A stretch of DNA of 64,000 nucleotides from contig NC_058368.1 of NCBI RefSeq assembly GCF_018350175.1, forward strand, positions 232,812,001 to 232,876,000, given 5' to 3'. The notes under the pieces are model-generated. The model worked only from the letters and a program-made list of their open reading frames with translations. It ran no database searches and was not told the origin of the DNA. How positions within the stretch are numbered: position 1 is the stretch's first letter; every line of letters starts with the position of its first letter. Source of the DNA: Felis catus. Lineage: Eukaryota. The position numbers and the translations under genes were made by a program. Below, one piece after another: positions 11,774 to 22,282 of this stretch.

Positions 11774-14117
11774 TGCAGGGCAATAGCCTGTCCCTTTTGT
11801 TCATTCATCAAGCCCTATGTGTCTGAAAGTCGAGGAGCCATGAAATCCCTTCCAGAGTTTGGAGGAAAGCTCTGTACTTGCGAGAGAAAGTCATTCAAAA
11901 CATTTGAGTTTAATCTTGTCTGTTCAAGTTAGAATGGTTTAATGAATGCTTGCTATTTATTGGCTCCCTCCCTTCTCGCCACAAAATCTCATGAGGGCAA
12001 AGGGGCAAACCCGTGCACGTTCAGCCACAGGAAAACCTGTAGCACAAAACATGAAATCCGCACAAATACTGTGCAAATAAGATAAGCCTCGTTGCACAAA
12101 ACTGCAGTGTATTTCATGGAAATGTCCTATCCTATCCTGTCCTTGCTGGTATCAGCAACGTGGTGAGATGTTGATTGTGCAAAGATTAATTCTAAGAAGG
12201 AGAGTAGGTCCCGGTTTACACGTTTCATTGTCCTGGCATAATAGTAGTATCTTGTTTCCCTCTTAGAAGTGTTCCAGCTTGGATCATAAATCCAATTGTC
12301 ATCCTATCTATAAAATGCTCGGGTCTAGGTGTTTCAGTCAATTTGCTCCAATCATTTCGGCATTTTTTTCTCTAGTAAACATTATGAAACAATCATTCAT
12401 CACTGCATTTTGGGAAAATATCTCTGGTGTCTCTACCTTCTCTTTGCCTTGGCCTGAATCAACCCCTTAATTTCTCAAAACCATTTTTTTCCCCTCTAAG
12501 ATCTAGGCATCAAGAACCTACGTTCTTTCAGTTAAACTCTTTCAAAAAAAAAGTAGACCTTTTAACTTTATGGATGTGTGTAAAATGCAGAGTCTTCGAG
12601 TTCAAGCTAATATTGTTAAAATTCTTTTTCTGAGTCGTTCACGTTGAAACGTTCCCCGCACTTCTAAGACCTGTCGTTTCTGATCCTGGAGGTTACGTTA
12701 TAAACAACAACGGTGTTCACCTGTGATTTTGAAAATAAAATCAGGGAACCTAACAAGGCCAAACTAACTGGAACGTTCTTGTAAAACATTCACAGAAGCG
12801 TGTCCTGAAGAAACGTACATATGTAACCAGCCAGCCAGCCACGCTGGACTCTCTTCCTCTCCTGCTGTGGTTGTTCATTTTTCTCAGCGCCAAGTGTTTC
12901 TGTAAATTTCAGATCTTTTCTGAGCAATCTCAGAGACCTTATTTTCACACGACCATTTTGACAGCAAAGTCCTAAAACAAAACTCTTAAATTACATGTAA
13001 TTCCTTTCCTGCACACGAATTTTTATAGGAAACCGTGTAATTCATGAGTGCGCATACTACCCAAGCGCGTGCGGTAAGAGCCGTATCTGCACACGCGTAT
13101 CCAGGCCTTGCTTCGTTAGCGCATCTATTCACGTGCAGTCGTGAGAATTATGTACAAAGCCCTTTCAGATCCTCCTCACTGACATGCGCCGTAAATTAGG
13201 CGCTCGCTGTCTGCTTTACGGTTTCTCTGATTGACTCAGAGGCCACACAAATTAGAGTTGTGGCAAATTGCACTTTAGCAAGAAACGGACTTTAAATATT
13301 TAAGTGAAGGAGGGACAACGTGTATCCCCCCATCCTCTGCGGAGAGAACGAAGCCCCCTCGCGTCCGTCTCCAACCAGACCGTATCGGTAACTGTGGGCC
13401 AGGGCAGGTGTTTGCCACCTAAAGGCTCCGTGATGCCGGGGTGGGCTCAAACCTTGTTCCTGTTCTCTGGTGTCTTTAAAAGAGAGAAGAAGCTGCTGGC
13501 TGAGGGTCAGGAAGCTTTCTCAGAAATAGAACGTCTCCCTTCCCACCGCAGGCCACACCGAGGCTGGGCCGTGTCCTGCAAGGTCCCACGATGGGGCCTC
13601 GCACGTGTTCCCAGGTATCATTTGCCTCCATGACCGCAGTGGCCCGTCTCTGCTAAAACGTGCTCTCTTCCTGTTTACTTAGCAGGGCAACATTTGAGCA
13701 TCTCTATCAAAATCATGTGTTTCTTTTACAACATCAGAAAAGTCCTCTCTGGAGACAGAAAGATGAGGGAGTTTGGGGACCATCGGAGGAGGCTTTTACG
13801 ACGTGGGAGAAGCCTCCGTGAGAAATCGGGGCGGGAGGTCGTTTAGTGTGATGCACAAAACACTCATGACACTGGGGCCACGTGGGCGCGGACTGAAATG
13901 GCATGTCTGCAGCTGGGTCACACGCTCTCCAACAACGTTCTCATTTAGCAAGGTCTTGAGTTATCCCACTTCCTGCCCCTTGCTTCTTCGATGCATTCCC
14001 GGGAGACCTTGGGGCAGTGAGATTCAGTTCCACCTGGACGTAAGCAAAGAGGACAGCAACTGGGCCAACAATATCCAACAACAGAGTTTGGATTTCTCTA
14101 CAGTGGCTTGAGATCCC

Positions 14118-14316
14118 GGGGCGCCTAGGTAGTTCAGTGGGTTCAGCGTCCAACTCTGGATTTGGGCTCGGGTCATGATCTCACGGTTTGTCAGTTCAAA
14201 TCCCACATCAGGCTCTATACTGACAGCACAGAGCCTGTTTGGAATTCTCTCTTTCCCTCTCTCTCTGCCCTGCCCGCACTCACTCTCTTTCTCAAAATAA
14301 ATAAATAACCTTAAAA
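14118..14316 (+). mobile_element. CanSINE (older subfamily)
   Basis: ggggcgcctaggtagttcag...gatttgggctcgggtcatgatctc...aaaataaataaataa. Confidence 0.93.
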
Positions 14317-14318
14317 CC

Positions 14319-14359
14319 TTTTCTTCTTCTTCTTCTTCTTCTTCTTCTTCTTCTTCTTC
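14319..14359. repeat. (TTC)n trinucleotide microsatellite at the SINE tail
   Basis: About 13 TTC units; source of the poly-E spurious ORF. Confidence 0.95.
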
Positions 14360-15078
14360 ATATTTTAGATGCAGGAGCTCAGGGTTAGATGCCGTGGTTT
14401 CTGACAATGGTGAATTCCAGTTTGTATTCAGTCTTTAGGAGAGTGCTCATAACTCTCTTACTCTAACATTACCAGCCCTTTTTGCTGTCCAATGTGTTTT
14501 AACCGCTCTGTTAATTATATGTCAATTGGTACAATTCAGTTTAACCTACCGGAGCATACGACTGATTCGATTTCCCCCACCAGACACCTGATTATCCCTG
14601 AAAATGTGTTCTAAGAGATATAGTTGTTATCTGTACCTTCCCAGTCATTCTGAATACCGAAGGTTGTTTTGCTATAATTAGCCTAATTACACTGTAAAAT
14701 TCAGTCACTTGCTTATTAATTGGAAAGTCTTCGAAATAGAAAAAAATAATACGAATCAACTCTAGTTGTTAGAATTAAAACAAAAAAACTAAATCTAAGG
14801 GACAACTGTGTTTGTAAAGGCATAGAGAAGTCCAGTGGGTACACTATCCAACAAAACGTTATGCAAATAACATTTGAGAACAGGCCCAGAGGAAAAAAGA
14901 AAAAAAACCAGCTCCTAACATCTGGAAGCTGACTTGGTGCTCATGGCTGGGCCGTGTTGTTCTCCCATCACACAAAACAATCTCAGTTAAAGCTGGTTGA
15001 TTCTGAGGCTATTGTAAGATGAGGCAAAAACAAAGCCATTTCATGATTTGATCTAAGCACGGACAAGAAGAAAGTCAC

Positions 15079-15416
15079 TGTCAGGAACGGAGGCTTTGTG
15101 TCTCCCCAGGTTCATATGCTGAAATCCTAGCCCCCAGTGTGATGGTTCAAGGAGGTGGGTCACCGGGAGATGATCAGGTCATGAGGGTTAAGTACTCATG
15201 AATGGGATTAGTGCCCTGATAAAGAGACCCCAGAGACTCGATCTCTTTCCATCGTGTGAGGACACAAGGAGAGGTCGGTAGCCTTACCAGATCCTGACCA
15301 TCCCGGCACCGTGATATTGGGCCTCCCAGTCTCCAGAACTGAGAGAAATACATTTCTGTTGCTTGTAAGCCACCGTCTGTGGTATTGTGTCACAGAAGCC
15401 TGAAGTGGCTGAGTCA
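15079..15416 (+). mobile_element. MaLR solo LTR (MLT1A-like)
   Basis: ttcatatgctgaaatcctagcccccagtgtgatg...ctcatgaatgggattagtgccct..aagagacccc...ctccagaactgagagaaatacatttctgttg. Confidence 0.88.
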
Positions 15417-15814
15417 GTCACTAGGCCACCCACAGAATAGCCCAGAACGCTCCCCCTCTTGCTAAACAAGTGACCGTTACTTCTTTAATGATAGAATCGC
15501 CCCAGCGTCGTGATATCACCCAGTCTACAGAAGCCCCCTTAGACCTGGCCCTGGATTTCCTAGCTCAACTCCAAATACTATAATAGCTTCATTGCAACCC
15601 TTTCTCACTGAGACTCGCTACTCAATACTCACTACTGGTACTCACCCTTGGAGCAGGTAACAAACCCAACTCACCCATCCACAGATGTGCTCTGAGATCT
15701 TTGGCTCAGTTAGAAATAAAACTTAATCGGAAGTGGGTACAATTCCCAAATTTCCCTTGAGTTTGCTCAAAGCTTTGTGCAATTTCGTCAGCTCTTTCTC
15801 CCCACTTTTTGGGG

Positions 15815-17660
15815 AGAAGCTCCTGGCAGCTTTCAAGAGCTTTCCTCTGCCTTTGGTTTTCAGAAGTGTTACTATGATAGGTCTCTGTGTAGGTTTCCTT
15901 GACTTTTTCCTGTTTGGAGTATCTCAACTTCTTGAATCTGTGATTGTGTATCTTTTGCCATATGTCAGAAGTTTTCAGCCATAATTTCTTTAAACACTCT
16001 TTTGGTCTTACCCTCTTTCTCCTTTCCTTCCGGGGTCCTGAGAATAAATGTGTTGGGTCTTTTGTTATTTTCCCACAAGCCCTAAGCTCGCTCCTTTTTA
16101 TCCACTTATAGTTTTTCACTCTGTTTTCTCTCTGTTGTTTGGACTGGATGAATTCTATTGATCTGGCCTCAAGCTCATCCTCTGTCACCTCCAGTTTACC
16201 GTCGAACCCATCCAGCGATTTAAAAATTTTTTCCCATCGTTGCGTTTTTCAGTTCTACCGTTTTCATTTGCTCCCTTTTCGTGACTTTTTTTCTTTGATG
16301 AAATTTTCTGTGTTTTCATTTGTCTCCAGAGAGGGGGTAACAGACTGTGGAAGTTATGTTATGACGGCCGCTTTAAAATACTTGTCGGATAGATCCAACC
16401 TGTGACTTATCTCAGTGTTGTTGTCAACAGATGGATTTTTGTTTTGTTTTGTTTTCAGTTCTAGGTGTGATTTTCTTGGCTTTTGTAGGATAGGTGAATT
16501 TTGACAGAACCTCAGACATTTTGCTATTATGTTTAGAGATTCCAGTATTATTTAGATTTTTTATTTTACTACATACTCTGTTCAGGTTGAGCATGCAGGT
16601 CCTGTGCTGCTGCGAGGGCATTGGTTCCAATGAGGGTTTGCTTTGTTGTATCTCTTTATTTTGAGAGAGCAGGAGAGCACAAGCTGGAGAGGGGCAGAGA
16701 GAGAGAGGGAGAGAGAGATCTCAAGCAGGCTCTGCACTGTCAGCGTAGAGCCCAATGGGGGGCTCGAACTCGTGAGCTCGTGAGATCATGACCCGAGCTG
16801 AAACCAAGAGCTGGACACTTAACTGACTGAGCCACATAGGCACCATAGGAGATTGCTTTTTATTGCATTAATGGTGTCACTTTGATCTGTTTGGTGTATG
16901 CGATGCCACTTGAGCCTCCCATGCTTCCCCCCAAACCCCTGCTGGTGTTGTCCAATAGAGCAAAAAGTGTTTTCCTAGACCAGATGTAGGAAACCAGATA
17001 TAGCATGGCTGTCTGGTGGGGAGAGGAATCTCAGACCTGCAGGACCAAGAGATTTCCCTGGGGCACTGGCTGTGGAAAGATCCCTCCCTGTCTCTGGGGA
17101 TGGAGGAAGTTTCCCAAGATGGGTAGAGTTATTGTTGTGGGACTCCCCTACCGGTGCACTTTGGCTCTCCTGGTGTCTCTGGCGGGGGGGTTGGGGGGGG
17201 CAGGGCGGGTAGAGTCTCAATCCAGTAGAGTCAAAAACTCTTCCTGGGCCAGGCTGCTTACTGTAGCGGAGTCCTTCTCCCCGGTTCTGCCTGCCCACCT
17301 CAGTATTTCTCGACAGAGGAGGGAAACCTCACTTGCAGGAAAAGAGGGCTTCCCCTGGTTGCTTCTTATTGGTGAGGGTCTTTAGGACCCCCATTGTAGT
17401 GCTGCTCAGACCACCTGATGTTGTCAGGGCGACTCCTATTCAACTGGGGGAGGAGAGGACCTTCTTTTGCTAGGTCAGAGGCAAGCGAGTGTCAGGCTTG
17501 AGTTCCCTCCTCTGTTGGATGCATGGTTGTAAGACCTCCCGGTGGCCCGAGTCAGTTCATCTCCCCGCCACCTTTCAGGGTGCTCCTTCAAATGCCTCTT
17601 GAATTACTGCCAGGGTTTACAGTTGTGTGTGGTACGCAGCAGGGAGAGATGGGTCTGTCC
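15815..17660 (-). mobile_element. Old L1 5' portion (ORF1 remnant plus 5' UTR-like sequence)
   Basis: Minus-strand ORF 15706-16188 has degenerate, frameshifted L1 ORF1p-like segments (ELEARSIEFIQSKQQRE); extent into the 5' UTR is approximate. Confidence 0.7.
16655..16844 (-). mobile_element. CanSINE nested in L1
   Basis: ttattttgagagag...caagcaggctctgcactgtcagc...actgagccac. Confidence 0.92.
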
Positions 17661-17668
17661 TGATTTGT

Positions 17669-19075
17669 CCAACTGAATTTTGACAAAGGTATGACAGCAA
17701 TTCGATAGACAAACGATACTTTTTTTAATGTTTAGTTATTTTCGACAGAGCGCAAGTGGAGAGGGGCAGAGAGAGAGGGGGACAGAGGATCCCAGGCTGG
17801 CTCTTCACTGACAGCAGTGAGCCCGACATGGAGCTTGAACCCATGAACTGGGAGATCATGATGAAGATGGACCCTCAACCAACTGCATCACCCAGGCGCC
17901 CCAACAAAAGATACATTTTTCAACACACGTGGCTGAAGTGATTGGACATCCATAGCCAAAACCAAAAACAAACAAACAAACAAAACAAGCAAACAAACAA
18001 ACCCTCAATCTTAACTTCACATCTTAAACTATAGGGCCTTTAGTTAAAAACAAATAGAAAAATTTCATGGTCTAGGGCTAGGCAAAATGTTCTTAGACTT
18101 GACATTAAAAACATAATTCATAAAAAAATCAATAAATTTGTACATCATCAAAATTAAAAACATTGACTCTCCAAAGACTCTGTTAGGAGAATGAGAAAGA
18201 AAAAATGAGGAACACCCTGGGAGAAAATAGTCATGAACCATGCATCCAACAGAGGACTCGTATCTAGAACATATAAGGAAATGCCACTATGCGACAGTTA
18301 AAGAACATAACAGCGGAAAACAGCTCAATTTGCAGATGTCCAAAAGACACAAGGAGGCATTTTGCCATAGAAGATATGCCAATGGCAAATAGGCACATGA
18401 AAGGCCACCCAACACTTTCGCTATCAGTGAAATGCAAGTTGAAACCACGATGAGTTAATACTGCTTATGGAAATGGCTGTAATGAGAAAGAGGGACAACA
18501 TTACATGCTCACAGGGCTGCGAGGAACCTGGATCACCCTTGCATTGCCGGTGGGAAGGGAGGACGGTGTAGCCACCCTGGAAAATGGCTCAGCAGAATTG
18601 TGTGAAACGGTCATACAACACAGTGATTGCACATCGGGCGTTCATCCCATGAACGCTACTCTGCAGGACAAAGGCACAGACTGCTGATACGTTCAACAAC
18701 AGGGACCTGCAGGAAGTTACTCTGAAAAAGTGGAAAAAGTCCATCCCCAAAGGTTATATAATACGTGATTCCCTCTATATAACATCTTGAAATGACTACA
18801 TTTTAGAAGTGAAAATAGGTTGGTGTTGCCAAGAACTGGGCTGGCGGGGGGAGAAGGAGGGAGGGCAGTGTGACTATAAAAGTCAACAGAAGTGGTCCAT
18901 TTGGTAAGGAAACCATTCTGCATCTGCACTGTATCAATGTCAATATTCTGATTGTGCTATTGGACTGTAGTTGGCTGAGATGTTACGACGGGGTAAAGGG
19001 TATATGGAATCTCTGTATTATTTTGTAGAACTGCATATGCTACAAAGATCCCCAAATGAAATTTTAATTAAAAAC
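17669..19075 (+). mobile_element. Old L1 (L1MC-like) 3' portion: late ORF2 remnant and 3' UTR
   Basis: caactgaattttgacaaagg; atcaaaattaaaaac; aataggcacatgaaa; 3' end gtatcaatgtcaatattctg...gggtaaagggtatatggaatctctgtatta...ttaattaaaaa. Confidence 0.85.
17720..17902 (-). mobile_element. CanSINE nested in L1
   Basis: Ends cccaggcgcccc; tail ttttttaatgttt. Confidence 0.9.
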
Positions 19076-20455
19076 TCAAGGCCACGTGATCACCTCCTTT
19101 ACTGGTAAGAGACAGATTAGTTATGGCCTGCATCTTGACAACTAGGCAGAACCAGGGGCAGGGCAGTGCCCGTCACCTGACCTCGTGAAGCCTCTTCAAC
19201 CGACTGGTAGGCGCCATAGGAAGGTTTCGGCATTGAATCAGGTATGAGACCTGGTGCGTAAAATCCCTTTGGCTCCAACATTCTAGAATCCTTCAGTGTT
19301 TCCTCTCCTCTTGTAGCATGCAGAACATGATATCAAACACTTCCCACGTATTTCTACTTTTAAAAAGCATTGTACTTTTTACACCTCTAATCTATTATTA
19401 AAAGCAAATATCGAAATGACATGTTATCAATGGTAGTTTCATATTGTTACAGACAAGGAAATGGACTCCTATCAAGCCAACCCACATGAAATTCTGATCG
19501 CTACTTCCATTTTCATTTCACAGGATGTAGAATATACAAATACATTTTAAAAGGCTTATGGTTCCCTGACTCAGTCCTCTGCTTCGGAAAAGCTTCACTT
19601 TCTTTCCTAGATCCTTTTAGTTCATCCTTGCATCCTTTAGTTCATCACACAGGATACAATCCCAGCCCCCCTGCAACAATTAAATTAAACTCCAAGAAAT
19701 TTCCAGATCTTTCTTTCCCTTTTAGACACAACTTTCCTACTCACGGTTTTCTTCTCCTTGAACATCTCTCTCTTCCTTTATTCCTTTTTTCTCTTCCGTT
19801 CCCTTTTCCTTCTCTCCCTTGCCCTGTTTCTTCCCATTATGCAAAATTTGGCATGTTTCTCAGATTTCTAGGAAGTTTATTATTTCTTGTAACTTGGAGT
19901 AACAATCTAAGACAGTAAAGGAAGCATGGATTTTTATAGCACATATGAACGATGTTGTAACAACATTATACCGTCGTCAGATGAAACTAACATAACTCTC
20001 CCTTCATGGCCTTATATAGGCCCGTTGCTCCAATAGGGAAAGTAATAAATCTAAATGATGTTCTTGATTGCTGCATTTTCAATTTGGGTGCCTGATCTAT
20101 CAGACGGATATAATAATATGCATTTAGACAGACAGCTCCCAAGTGACTTAAAATATGCCGAGGAGTTTTTACGCATATGCTGTTCAAATTAAAGTCAGCA
20201 ATAACTTCCGCGTTCTATTTTTAACATCTGATCATATGTTTCTGTAATGGAGTCGAGACACTCCCCAGATGTGATGGGTTCAAATCTAGAATGGGAGGGA
20301 CCCGAGGGAGGGGGGACCTTGGAGAGAGCAGAGAAGCACACATGTTTGCACACTGACGTTCTTAACCTTCCGAGTCCCCCTCCCGCCGGGGTGGCCAGGA
20401 TCAGCTGTGCGTGTCCAGGTGGCCGGTCCCCGTAACGGCCTGTTTTCCCTTGCAG

Positions 20456-20660
20456 TGTGGCACGGTGGACCAGGGCCTGTACATAAACCTGACGGAAAGG
20501 AATCTGCAGGATGCTCAGAAGTTCACCCTGATGCACGAGGTGGTCCAGCCTGTGACCTCGGTGCCCTCTTTCATGGAGGACAACAGCCGTTTTTCCCACG
20601 TGGCCATCGACGTGGTGCAGGGCAGGGACATGCTCGTCCACATCATCTATCTGGCCACCG
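20456..20660 (+). pseudogene. SEMA5A: Isolated SEMA5A (semaphorin-5A) sema-domain exon, 205 nt, with a non-canonical donor (AT instead of GT); probable orphan/pseudo-exon copy
   Basis: Translates as CGTVDQGLYINLTERNLQDAQKFTLMHEVVQPVTSVPSFMEDNSRFSHVAIDVVQGRDMLVHIIYLAT(D), nearly identical to recalled mammalian SEMA5A (CGTVDQGLYVNLTERNLQDAQKFILMHEVVQPVTTVPSFMEDNSRFSHVAVDVVQGREALVHIIYLATDYG). Preceded by acceptor tgttttcccttgcag. Homology stops at ...GCCACCG|atagaag. The SEMA5A identity is high confidence; pseudogene status is inferred. Confidence 0.8.
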
Positions 20661-20989
20661 ATAGAAGCCGTCTCCTCATTGAGGAGTTTCTTACCATCTT
20701 CTGATTCCGTGGTTTGCCTTCAAAACATGCGATTTCAAGGTCAGGTCTTCTGTCTTTTTTCCTCATGTCGCCAAATCGCCCACATTCCCTTACCTTTGTT
20801 GTCCTCCGTGCTTATTGTGGGAGGTTCTAATTTCTCTCTTTCTCATACTTTCTTCACTGCAATTGGAAAGACAATACACCGTACCTTACTATGACTTCTT
20901 CACTTGTCCTAATATAAGTCGTATCTTGACAAAACCTTTTAATTTCAGTGATTTCAGACAATTGAACATTTTGCTAGATGACATTTCTA

Positions 20990-21164
20990 AATTAAAAAAA
21001 AATTATTTGAAAGTGGGAGCAGATGGAGAGAGAGAACAAATCATAAACAGGCTTCATGCCCAGTGCAGAGCCCAAGCCGGGGCTCGATCCCACGATGCTG
21101 GGATCATGCCCTGAACCGAAATCGAGAGTCTGGTGCTCAAATGACTGAGCCACCCAGGTGCCCC
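20990..21164 (-). mobile_element. CanSINE (older, short type)
   Basis: ...gactgagccacccaggtgcccc; TSD core tagatgacattt on both sides. Confidence 0.9.
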
Positions 21165-21885
21165 ATGTTAGATGACATTTTTACGTGAGGTGCAATCCTG
21201 TGTTTATCATAGTAATTTCCTAGTGGCTAAAAGATAATATAGCAGAATATTTTTGTGGTAGGATGGTATATGGAAGCGTTCTTGGAACCATGCCCTTGGG
21301 ACAAGGGGCAAAGTATCTTATGAAAAATCTAGAGGAAAACACGAATCAGGTACCACAAGTAGAATGTTGAGTTTCCAAAGTACTGTCAGGCTGCCGTGCA
21401 GTGAGTAAGGCAGGAATGTTCCGTCTCTGTTAATCGTACGTGCCGCTCAGGGTACCTCAGGGGTCTCCTGCAATTCTGCATGTTCATCCAGCGTCTCCAT
21501 GCATTCTGTCCCCATATTTTGGATTCCCTTGACCTCTGTTATACACACTCCCTCCCCACTTATAACAATTCTCCATTCAGCGAATTTTTTCCAAACTCTT
21601 CAGGTTCAGTATAATCAGCACATCTCATCTTGTAATTATTCATTAGCTTGTTTAAGTTGTTCATTGACTCACTAAAATTTATTGAATTTGTACTAGTCTG
21701 TGCTTCAGGTGAGCACTGATGAGGAACATGGTGAGCTTACCGGTGGCGTCCTGCCCTCTGGGAGCTTACATTCCAACGGGGGCCGCGGATGGTAAAGTAA
21801 CCACTAACTCTTTCCACGACACTGGCCATTTGAAGGCCGTGTTTGCTTCCATTGTGTTTATAAGGACAGGGTTTTAGAAGCTTCG

Positions 21886-22083
21886 GTTTTCTTTAGTGTT
21901 TATTTATTTTTTTTGAGAGTGAAAGGGGGGAGGGGCAGAGAGATGGGAGACAGAGCATCCCAAGCAGGCTCCACACTGTCAGTGCAGAGCCGATGCGGGG
22001 CTTAACCCAATGAACCATGAGATCATGACCTGAGCCGAAATCAAGGGTCGGAAGCTTAACCCACTGAGCCACCCATGTGCCCC
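21886..22083 (-). mobile_element. CanSINE
   Basis: Typical body; TSD ttagaagcttc on both sides. Confidence 0.94.
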
Positions 22084-22101
22084 TTAGAAGCTTCTGATGA
22101 C

Positions 22102-22282
22102 TTTTTTTTTTTAATTTATTTTTGAGACAGAGAGAGACAGAGCATGAACAGGGGAGGGGCAGAGAGAGAGGGAGTCACAGAATCTGAAACAGGCTCCAGG
22201 CTCTGAGCTGTCAGCACAGCCGTGAGATCATGACCTGAGCCGAAGTCGGATGCTTAACTGACCAAGCCACCCAGGCGCCCCC
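22102..22282 (-). mobile_element. CanSINE with internal deletion, immediately adjacent to the previous SINE
   Basis: Typical body lacking the B-box segment; TSD ctgatgactttt on both sides. Confidence 0.94.

Noticed and set aside
20661..20668. AT at the SEMA5A exon 3' boundary as a U12-type (AT-AC) intron donor
   Set aside because: U12 donors need ATATCCTT; the sequence is ATAGAAGC.
20411..20704. 97-aa ORF as a standalone semaphorin-like microprotein
   Set aside because: It begins at a GTG in intron-like sequence upstream of the acceptor, with no promoter, ATG or signal peptide evidence.
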